Notes under the pieces: model-generated | Told to the model about the DNA's origin: nothing | What the model saw: only the letters and a program-made list of their open reading frames with translations | The model's database searches: none | Program-made: the position numbers and the translations under genes | Part shown: piece after piece, positions 8,179 through 15,486 of the stretch | Position numbering within the stretch: the first letter of the stretch is position 1 | Layout: each line of letters starts with the position of its first letter | DNA from: Paramicrosporidium saccamoebae KSL3 | Lineage: Eukaryota; Fungi; Cryptomycota | NCBI GenBank assembly: GCA_002794465.1 | Contig: MTSL01000132.1 | Coordinates: 1-17,264, forward strand | Direction: 5' to 3' | Length of the DNA: 17,264 bases

Positions 8179-9072
8179 TTATGGTTCGGGTTCTAGATAG
8201 ACAGTCTCGATGGGAGCATAGGCAGTGTAGGGCACAGTACCAGTGGCCAGAAGAGTCAGAGTGAGGGGCGTCTGAGAGGTGGTGGTGCCGATGAACCGGG
8301 TGAGAGAGCGAGTGGTATAACTGAGCTGAGCAGCACTGGCATAGTTGGTGACCGTCTGGGTAATCTGGGCGGCGGCAGTACTGGTGGCAGTGCCGCTAAG
8401 GAAGACAATGTACCCCGTCTCAGTAGTCAAAGTGAAGCTGTCAATACGAGCGACCGCCAAATCGAGCGATTGGGTGTGCTCAATAACACTGGTAATGGTT
8501 CCCTCAAGGGTGGAGATCAGACTGGAGATGGTGGTGAAACGATGGGTGATGGGGAAGAAGATGGTGCGGGTGCGAGTCAGGGAAGTAGTAGCCGTTAATT
8601 CAGTGCGGGTCAGACGCGTGCTGGTGACGATAAAAGTGGTAAAGAATCCGTCAATGGTGGTAGTGACGGTAGTGATCGTGTCCAAAAAGAGGAAACTGGT
8701 CAATACGGAAGTAGTGGTGCTACTGAGTACCAAAGTGCTGGTACGGGTGGAGATGGTCACAGATAACAGACTGGATGTAAAGGTTGATGTCACTGTAAAC
8801 GACGTGGTGGTGGTGCTGGTGGTACGGGACACAATCGTCCGTGTTGTAAACGACACGACAATCTCATCCACAAATTCCACAGAGTACACGGTCAATGGAT
8901 CAAACGTACGCGATGGCGTAATTGGAGGCGGACAGGCCGTGTCTGTTGCAGCCACCGCCTGGCGCAGTTTGCAGAACTGTGCCTCTGCCGAGGGGAACCA
9001 AAAACTGATGGCTAACACTCCAAAGATAAATGCGAGACGCGAAAGGGGAGTGACACTGGGAAAGAGTCTCAT
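8179..9072 (-). CDS. Secreted Thr-rich protein C (297 aa)
   Basis: Track start 9132 is TTG. ATG at 9072 gives MRLFPSVTPLSRLAFIFGVLAISFWFPSAEA-QFC. Contains a Cys pair (QFC...DTAC), DPLTVY and LLSVTIST shared with paralogs. Confidence 0.85.
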   Translation of the reverse strand: MRLFPSVTPLSRLAFIFGVLAISFWFPSAEAQFCKLRQAVAATDTACPPPITPSRTFDPLTVYSVEFVDEIVVSFTTRTIVSRTTSTTTTSFTVTSTFTSSLLSVTISTRTSTLVLSSTTTSVLTSFLFLDTITTVTTTIDGFFTTFIVTSTRLTRTELTATTSLTRTRTIFFPITHRFTTISSLISTLEGTITSVIEHTQSLDLAVARIDSFTLTTETGYIVFLSGTATSTAAAQITQTVTNYASAAQLSYTTRSLTRFIGTTTSQTPLTLTLLATGTVPYTAYAPIETVYLEPEP

Positions 9073-9433
9073 CCGAGTTGGACCGCGAAACACGAGTTGT
9101 GAGCCACGCGAGTCACGAACCAAGAAGCCCAAATGGCTCTCTCATTATAAACAGTTTCGTCGTCATGGATACTCTTTTCAATGGGATGAGAGAGGGAAAA
9201 ATTGAACATGAAGAGTCTACTGTATCAGCTATTACTAAACTACCCTACCCAACTCGCCCATATCACATTACTACTGATCCTGCCTCATTCAACCCTACTA
9301 AACTCCCATCCCCCTCCAACTAAACTCCCCATTAGATCCCATCCAACTGCCCGACCATGAATGGTTGCTAGGTGATGACTGCTGGTTATCATAATACACG
9401 ACACCAACACTCCACTCGAGGCGTCACTATTTC

Positions 9434-10363
9434 ATGGACTATCTGCGTCCACTGCTCCTTCTCTTTTTGACCTTTGTCCTAGTGTCGGCCGCCCGAATCG
9501 ACCGTCTCGATGACAATGCGTTGGCAGCGGACTATGCGGCCCTCTTTGATCCCAATGCCGACGCCAAGGCAATAGGCGGCTGTAATGCAGCTGATGCCAC
9601 ATGCACACCCGACATGTCCACTACTGTGACAGTCTATTCCATCACCTTTACTGAGACGGACACATTGACGGTGACTGTTGTGTCTACCACTACCACGTCC
9701 GTCACCTCTTTCACTACGACCACCACCACTGACACTGTCACCAACACATTTGTCACCACTGTATTGTCAGTGACAGTAGTGACGGATGTGACATCATCAA
9801 CACTCGTCTTTAGTTTCACCACCACAGAGACACCTGTAACCACCACCACCACCACTCGCACCATCACATCCATCAGTTTCACCCTCGCCAGCACTGCGAC
9901 TACCACCGTCGTGTTGACTTTTACGTCCTTTGTGCCAGAAACCACCAGTTTGCCTTTCACCGTGTCCGTTTCTTCCACCATTAGTACCGTCTCCACCCTC
10001 TACACCTCCACCTTTTCACGATTCTCTACCATTACCACACCGGCCACCAGCTTTATTGCTGTGCCCACTACGGCATCAGTGGTGGTGCCTGTCACCTTCT
10101 TCAACACTCTTTCCGTTTCCCTCACCACCACTGCCACTGTTAGCACGCCTACCGACACCATTGTGGAGACTACCATTAACACCATCTTTGCCTCTGTCAC
10201 CACCAGCAACAGCGTCTTTGTCACTGACAGCCGCGCCTTCTTGTACCGGGTCACGGCCCGTGCCACTGAATCTGTTACTACCACCTTCTTTACGCCTTCC
10301 CTACTTACCGAAAGTGTGGAGATTGACTTTACTGTTCCGGTTACACTTACCGTCACAGTGTAG
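9434..10363 (+). CDS. Secreted acidic Thr/Val-rich protein D (309 aa), divergent from gene C
   Basis: ATG 9434, signal peptide MDYLRPLLLLFLTFVLVSA, GCNAADATC (compare AATDTAC in C), VTVYS, VLSVTVVT; strong ACC/ACT codon use. Confidence 0.88.
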   Translation: MDYLRPLLLLFLTFVLVSAARIDRLDDNALAADYAALFDPNADAKAIGGCNAADATCTPDMSTTVTVYSITFTETDTLTVTVVSTTTTSVTSFTTTTTTDTVTNTFVTTVLSVTVVTDVTSSTLVFSFTTTETPVTTTTTTRTITSISFTLASTATTTVVLTFTSFVPETTSLPFTVSVSSTISTVSTLYTSTFSRFSTITTPATSFIAVPTTASVVVPVTFFNTLSVSLTTTATVSTPTDTIVETTINTIFASVTTSNSVFVTDSRAFLYRVTARATESVTTTFFTPSLLTESVEIDFTVPVTLTVTV

Positions 10364-10493
10364 TAACCAGGAGAGGTATGATTCTTTTAGAATAAACTTA
10401 CACACATTGACATGGAACTAATGAGAGGAGGGGTAATAATCGCAGGATCGGAAACGTGTTGGGGCGCCAAGATTATAATAATAGAGCAAGTTG

Positions 10494-10625
10494 CAGTGCA
10501 TAATATCAGTGCATAGTAGCAGTGCATAGTAGCAGTGAATAGTAGCAATGCATCCTAACCAACCCATCTTAACCAGCCCATCTTAATCAGCCCATCCTAA
10601 CCAGCCCAACTTAACCAACCCGTCT
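10494..10625 (+). repeat. Two abutting minisatellites: 13-bp cagtgcatagtag x4-5 (10494-10555) and 14-bp taaccarcccatct x5 (10556-10625)
   Basis: Units read directly: cagtgcataatat, cagtgcatagtag, cagtgcatagtag, cagtgaatagtag, caatgcatcc; taaccaacccatct, taaccagcccatct, taatcagcccatcc, taaccagcccaact, taaccaacccgtct. Confidence 0.9.
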
Positions 10626-10715
10626 CACCCCTCTTGATAGCTCCATGGCAACAGTTCACGCAGTCTACATAATTGCTTTGTAAAGGACTGGAATACAAAC
10701 AACCCCCCAGCCGCA

Positions 10716-10904
10716 ATGCAAGCTCCCAACCTCTTTGTGGTGCTGTCCTTTGTCGTCTTGGCCATGCTATCCATACCCGTAGTAAATGCCGAACCCCACG
10801 CAAATCAGGACATACAGGAACCCCAGCGTCCTGCCCGTATCCGTCAAACCATCTACCGAACTCCCCAAGTTACCGTCACCGTTGCCGCTCCCACTGCTCC
10901 TTAG
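10716..10904 (+). CDS. Small secreted peptide (62 aa, about 37 aa mature) ending QVTVTVAAPTAP
   Basis: ATG start, clear signal peptide MQAPNLFVVLSFVVLAMLSIPVVNA-EP; occupies an otherwise empty slot in the secreted-protein array. Confidence 0.65.
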   Translation: MQAPNLFVVLSFVVLAMLSIPVVNAEPHANQDIQEPQRPARIRQTIYRTPQVTVTVAAPTAP

Positions 10905-10942
10905 CTGTGTCACTAAACCATCTTTATTGTATTGATTGTGTT

Positions 10943-11635
10943 CTAAATGTACATGAACATCAGTGGAAGCACGCATAGGACCGCAAGCATCATCGAATTG
11001 CTTTCATCGGCGGGACTGTGATTTCCCGTAGAGGATGGCGTTGATGTGGACCGTGGCGTCAATGTTACCGTCAGCATTCGCGTCGAAATCACTGTCACTG
11101 TGAGTAGTCGACGCGTTGTAATAGTCCGTGTGCTGGTGGAGGAGACGTTGCGTGGACTCGTCACGGTTCGTGTCGTCGTCTTTCGTACCGTTACTAACAC
11201 GCGCGATGTCAGCAGACGCGTCGATTTTGTGCAAATCGTCTTACTCACTTGAATACGCGTTGTCAGAGTACGAGTGGTTGTCACTAGTTTTGTGCAGTAC
11301 CGAGGAGCCGCAATAGTTCGTGTTGTGGACTTTGTCGTTGTCGTCGATATATTAATCCGCGTTGTCAACGATCGTATCGACGTTCCCGTTGTTGTAGTTG
11401 ACACAATAACTCGCGACGAAATGGTCCTTGTTGATGGAATCACAATGGTTGACGTTATCACTCGATTCGTAGTGATCTGTCTCAGCGTTGTGATCGTCTG
11501 CGTACATGTGCTCGTGCTGATCCGCGTTGTGGACAGTGTGCGTGTTACAGTGATTGTACAATCGGCATGTGCTCTTTGCCATAAAGACAGCAGACACAGC
11601 AATCCCAATACCAAGGACTGCACCCAAACCTTCAT
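10943..11635 (-). CDS. Thr/Arg-rich surface protein E with signal peptide and GPI-anchor-like C-terminus (230 aa)
   Basis: Signal MKVWVQSLVLGLLCLLSLWQRAHA; the C-terminus GNHSPADESNS-MMLAVLCVLPLMFMYI has small residues, a spacer and a terminal hydrophobic tail with no cytosolic charges. Confidence 0.87.
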   Translation of the reverse strand: MKVWVQSLVLGLLCLLSLWQRAHADCTITVTRTLSTTRISTSTCTQTITTLRQITTNRVITSTIVIPSTRTISSRVIVSTTTTGTSIRSLTTRINISTTTTKSTTRTIAAPRYCTKLVTTTRTLTTRIQVSKTICTKSTRLLTSRVLVTVRKTTTRTVTSPRNVSSTSTRTITTRRLLTVTVISTRMLTVTLTPRSTSTPSSTGNHSPADESNSMMLAVLCVLPLMFMYI

Positions 11636-11835
11636 CTTTCCACTCTCTACCCTCCAGCCTATCCCATCTTTTCTTTAATTAGCACTTTCTCAAAATAGAA
11701 ACTTTCCAATTATAGTGCCCAATCAGATAGAGTTTCTCATTATAGCCGACATTCAACAACCTACTGTAGAGCATGAATGCTTCAATAGCACTCTGTCTTT
11801 ATCGCTGACACTAATAATATTAAAAATGAAGCAGC

Positions 11836-11950
11836 TTTAATAACACTCATGAGACATTTTAATAACACTCGTGAAATATTTTAATAACACTCATGAATCA
11901 TTTTAATAACACTCTATCACTATCACTATCACTATCACTATCACTATCAC
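11836..11950 (+). repeat. 22-bp minisatellite x3.6 followed by (tatcac)6 microsatellite
   Basis: tttaataacactcatgagacat (11836), tttaataacactcgtgaaatat (11858), tttaataacactcatgaatcat (11880), tttaataacactc (11902), then tatcac x6 at 11915-11950. Confidence 0.92.
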
Positions 11951-11984
11951 TGACACTCTGCCACTATTGTTGTCAACATTGTAT

Positions 11985-12701
11985 TTACAGACCAAACAGA
12001 ACAGCCACAACAGCAAAGGTGAATGCCCACCAAGCATTGTTGCCACCAGTCTCATTTAGACCAAAGATGGGCTTCAGGTCGGCTGCCGCGTTCAATGACA
12101 AAAGTGCAGTTGCCGAGAAGGATGGTGTCACGGATGCTGTCAGCGTGAGTACCATTGTTCGGGTTTGGCGCTGTGTCGTCGTTACAAAGGTAGTGGCCAC
12201 GATGCGCACCGTACGCGGCGTATATGCCGTGGATGTCGCTTGGATTGTCGTCGTTCCCGTCTGGGTACTCGGAATGGTCTTTGTAAAGCGACGTGTCGTG
12301 GTTCTTGTGACCGTCGATGTTGTGCGTACTAGACACGTCTTTTGTGTCGTCTTAGTTGCCAGTCGGTTGGTAAAGACTGTGGTTGTGAACTGCAAGGTTG
12401 TCGTTCGGATGATCAGATTTGTCAGTGTGATCATAGTCGTTGCTTGCACTGGCTGTGTCCTGATGTTTGTAGTTGTGGAGGGTACCGTTATTGTGAATCG
12501 CGCCGTCGTCGTAATCAGGCGGGTGGACATGCGGGGAACCGTAGTGATTATGCTGGTCGTGACTGTGCGCGTCGAGTAGGTCGTATATGTAAAGGTCCGT
12601 GTGACTGTTCTCGTAACTGTCACTCCATTGATACAGGCCCCATGGATCCCCATAAGCATTGCTGCGCCCAAAAAGAGCCATCGTACAAGGACTTCGCGCA
12701 T
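11985..12701 (-). CDS. Thr/Arg-rich surface protein F with signal peptide and GPI-anchor-like C-terminus (238 aa), paralog of E
   Basis: Signal MREVLVRWLFLGAAMLMGIHG; ACINGVTVTRTVT resembles ADCTITVTRTLS of E; C-terminus NETGGNN-AWWAFTFAVVAVLFGL. Confidence 0.87.
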   Translation of the reverse strand: MREVLVRWLFLGAAMLMGIHGACINGVTVTRTVTRTFTYTTYSTRTVTTSIITTVPRMSTRLITTTARFTITVPSTTTNIRTQPVQATTMITLTNLIIRTTTLQFTTTVFTNRLATKTTQKTCLVRTTSTVTRTTTRRFTKTIPSTQTGTTTIQATSTAYTPRTVRIVATTFVTTTQRQTRTMVLTLTASVTPSFSATALLSLNAAADLKPIFGLNETGGNNAWWAFTFAVVAVLFGL

Positions 12702-12831
12702 CGTGCTGATCCAATCGCTATTCGTTGCTCAAATTAGAAGGCAATCATGTCTTACTATATTTAGTGTCAATTGTCATTTTGGCGGAAATCATTGGTTGCA
12801 CTAATTACAAATATCAAGTGATAGGTCCACT

Positions 12832-14235
12832 TTAACCATAGATCGAACGGAAAGAGGTCAGCTGCAGCTTTAAAGCAGAGTCCAGCTTTCCACTGTCGGT
12901 GAGGGTTTGCAGGAGCGTGTCAAATGACAATCTAATCGCCTCCATCAACCCTGCATTGCTTGCCTCCAAGGCAGACTGCAAGCCTCTCTCCTCTGACGCC
13001 AAGATGCCCAAGAGCATGCCGTAGTACGCTCCAAGGTCTTTGCCAGTAGCACAGTTTTTACAAAGAAACACCACCAGTCTCGCATCCTCCAGGAAAACTT
13101 TACGGGCCTCTGTGTAACGGTCAACAACATTGGCGATCAGTATGCACAGCATGATCTGTACATCTTGACACTCCGCGGCCATTAACAAATGGCCCAAACT
13201 TTCCACCTTTGGGTGTCTAGAAAGCCTCTCTGCCCCCTCGTCCGGTCCAGTCAAAGACACTAGCGTTTGCACCAACGGTAGCATCTCCACGGCTGACAGA
13301 TCGGCAAACAAGCAACCAGCAACAGCGTCTACACAGGTGGCGACTTCCTTCCCCACCGAGCCAAGATATTCCAAAATATACAATGTCCTGGACATTCTGA
13401 CGTCAGTTTTTGCCATGTTAATCAACCCAGCAATCAAATCTACGTGCCTGAAATCCAAGACTGCAGATTGCTCAGATGTTTGTGTCGCAAATATCAGCTT
13501 TGAAATTAACCACAGTCCCAAATCGACCAAAGAATCCTACAAATCATTACATCTACATGACCATACCGCAGGAATATACGGCTTTGCAAAGAGACGCTCC
13601 AATCGGGGCGTGGTCGTGGGATCCGCCAAGGTGCCTTCTCTTTGAAGAGCCCATTCGGCCAGTCTTAGTCCAGCTGTGACATTGATGAAATGATCAATCC
13701 GTCTGACATCATCGCAAAGCCGAAACAGCAACAGCAAAAGAAATCTCCTCCCGTAATCGTCCTCCACATTCACCAAACTGCTAATTATCCGCTCCAAATA
13801 TCCAGAAGATCGTAATTTACTCGTTCGCAACGGGGAATTATCCTCGAGTATCTTGCTTCCCAGGTCGTAAAGATAAGTGTTGCGAGCCGAATTGGAACGG
13901 GCGCCGACAGGCAAGGCCTCAACACCAGTGATAAGGTAATCCAGTTCATCATAGAGACGACAAGACCCGCCGGATTCGAGTAATTCGTGCACATTTCGCA
14001 CACAATGGCGCTTAATGCTATCCTCTTCTTCCTCTCCCTGCTCCGACTCGGAATCAACTGGTTTGCTCGTGACGGTTGGCTGGAACACTTCCAACATTTT
14101 CTTGACAAAGTTAGTGTCATTAATGCATTCCTCCCCCACTGCAACACTCTTTAGCGACTCGCGTTTCACAACTCCACGACGGGAATAGGTATTCTCGGGA
14201 CGCTTCTTAGGCTCTTCCTCAATGAATCCAATCAT
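12832..14235 (-). CDS. WAPL: Wings apart-like cohesin release factor (WAPL/Wpl1/Rad61), 457 aa, 2 exons (14235-13567, 13536-12832)
   Basis: N-terminal TYSRRG (YSR motif, like KTYSRKG of human WAPL) and VRNVHELLESG...YDELDYLITG, the start of the WAPL domain, followed by a helical HEAT-like remainder. Two track ORFs are joined in frame by a 30-nt intron. Confidence 0.82.
13537..13566 (-). other. Spliceosomal intron, 30 nt, phase 0 (WAPL)
   Basis: gtatggtcatgtagatgtaatgatttgtag; joins KPYIPA to DSLVDLGLW in frame; terminal TAG is an in-frame stop. Confidence 0.85.
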
Positions 14236-14271
14236 GCCGAATGATCAAAAAACAAATGGATTTTTTATTTT

Positions 14272-15447
14272 CTACTGCTGCTGGGACCATGGATTAGGAT
14301 TTGTGCCAGTTGTCGGAGGGACATTCCAAGGTTGCTGAGCACCAGATGCGGGAGGAACATTCCAGGGCTGCTGAGCGCCAGATACCGGAGGAACATTCCA
14401 AGGCTGTTGAGAACCAGGCGCCAAAGGAGCATTCCATGGTGATGCACCGTACTGCTCGGGTGCCTTTGGCTTGTCTCCAATGTCTGCAAGAAAGTCATTG
14501 TAGGCAGTGTCCATCTGTTCAGATCGAATCCTGGATTGCTGGATCATGTCGGGATTGTCGCGGTGCATACAATCCGAAGCAATGTGTCCTGCGCCTCCAC
14601 AAATGCGACACAGCAGATTGTTTGTGACATTACGACGTTCTGTACATTCAAAGCGACGATGTCCCGATTGACCACAGTTACCGCAGATGATAGCATCTTC
14701 GTCCCGCAGGGTTCCATTAAGTGCTGCCAATTCCCGAAGTTGAATTCGTTTCAGCTCGTTTGCCTCCTCAGGCATGCTGGCAGCCGTCTCAATAATTTTG
14801 TTGATAATGCGTACGCATTTGTCAATCTTTTCCAATGTGTCGCCCATAACCAGTGCGTGCAATTCTTCATCGGCCGCCGCAAGAGATGCTGGGTCATTCT
14901 TGCCTTCTTTCAGAGAGCCCTTTCCACGAATAGATATCTTTGTTCCCGTCTCGCTTTCCATCTTCTTTAAAGTGTTCCCGCGCGGTCCAATTAGCAGACC
15001 AATAAAGTTAATGTCGGGATACTCTCTTTGTGGAATCCACACCTTTTCCTGAAACTTGTAGGAACCACCTCCGATACGTTTATCACGGGCGCCAGGTCCA
15101 AAGAGATGCCGGTCGAGCCAAGTGTTGTAATCCACGTCAGTCGAGTATTCTGGGTTATTCTGCAGCGCAGACTCGATAAGTCTTGAACGCTCGTCTTCAA
15201 GTTTTTTGCGATAGCATTCTTCTCGTTCGCTGTTCTGCCCTACGGAAGATGTCGACTCGCGAAACGGGAAAACGTTTCCACTCTTCAGCTTTCGGTTGAT
15301 TTCCTCCAGCCGAATATACACGACATATGACTTGAGCTGGCTCTCTGTGAGTCCAGGAGGAAGCTCAGTGGGCATTCCTGGAAACTCGGCTCGCTCATTC
15401 TTAGGTCCCCAGCGACTAGTTCGGCTGGCAGGTGTTGCTGTCGACAT
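14272..15447 (-). CDS. SF1: Splicing factor 1 / branchpoint-binding protein (SF1/BBP/Msl5), about 391 aa
   Basis: SRWG U2AF-ligand motif, KH domain NFIGLLIGPRGNTLKKME...IRGKGS, QUA2 LKRIQLRELAALNGTLR, two zinc knuckles (CGNCGQSGHRRFEC, CRICGGAGHIASDC). Track start 15498 is TTG; ATG is at 15447. Confidence 0.96.
   Translation of the reverse strand: MSTATPASRTSRWGPKNERAEFPGMPTELPPGLTESQLKSYVVYIRLEEINRKLKSGNVFPFRESTSSVGQNSEREECYRKKLEDERSRLIESALQNNPEYSTDVDYNTWLDRHLFGPGARDKRIGGGSYKFQEKVWIPQREYPDINFIGLLIGPRGNTLKKMESETGTKISIRGKGSLKEGKNDPASLAAADEELHALVMGDTLEKIDKCVRIINKIIETAASMPEEANELKRIQLRELAALNGTLRDEDAIICGNCGQSGHRRFECTERRNVTNNLLCRICGGAGHIASDCMHRDNPDMIQQSRIRSEQMDTAYNDFLADIGDKPKAPEQYGASPWNAPLAPGSQQPWNVPPVSGAQQPWNVPPASGAQQPWNVPPTTGTNPNPWSQQQ
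14310..14440 (-). repeat. 36-bp coding tandem repeat x4 (PWNVPPxSGAQQ) at the SF1 C-terminus
   Basis: acattcca/gcattcca recurs at 14321, 14357, 14393 and 14429 (period 36). Confidence 0.9.
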
Positions 15448-15486
15448 ACCTTGGCTGGGGCACGCGACTGGCCAATCACGTTCAAG
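15448..15486. promoter_or_regulatory. 39-nt head-to-head spacer between the SF1 and SerB start codons containing a CCAAT box (ggccaatca)
   Basis: accttggctggggcacgcgactggccaatcacgttcaag; ggccaatca fits the NF-Y/HAP RRCCAAT consensus. Function is inferred. Confidence 0.45.

Noticed and set aside
8345-9205. Long Val-rich antisense ORFs (also 397-876, 6934-7197, 7390-7830, 9634-9996, 10000-10356, 11046-11252, 11274-11678, 11893-12579)
   Set aside because: These are mirror frames of the Thr-rich genes: ACN-rich codons give few stops and many GTN/GGT codons on the opposite strand. Most begin at non-ATG codons and have no signal peptide or family motif.
10556-10625. Telomeric repeat (taacc-like)
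   Set aside because: The period is 14 bp and degenerate, not a 5-6-bp telomere unit, and it is internal to a gene-dense region.
11836-11914. CRISPR-like array of 22-bp repeats
   Set aside because: Units are directly adjacent with no unique spacers, there are no cas genes, and the context is eukaryotic.
15051-15079. Possible 29-nt GT-AG intron in SF1 (gtatcggagg...tttcag)
   Set aside because: Removal would frameshift the KH domain and delete the conserved KFQEKV entry; the ORF is already continuous.
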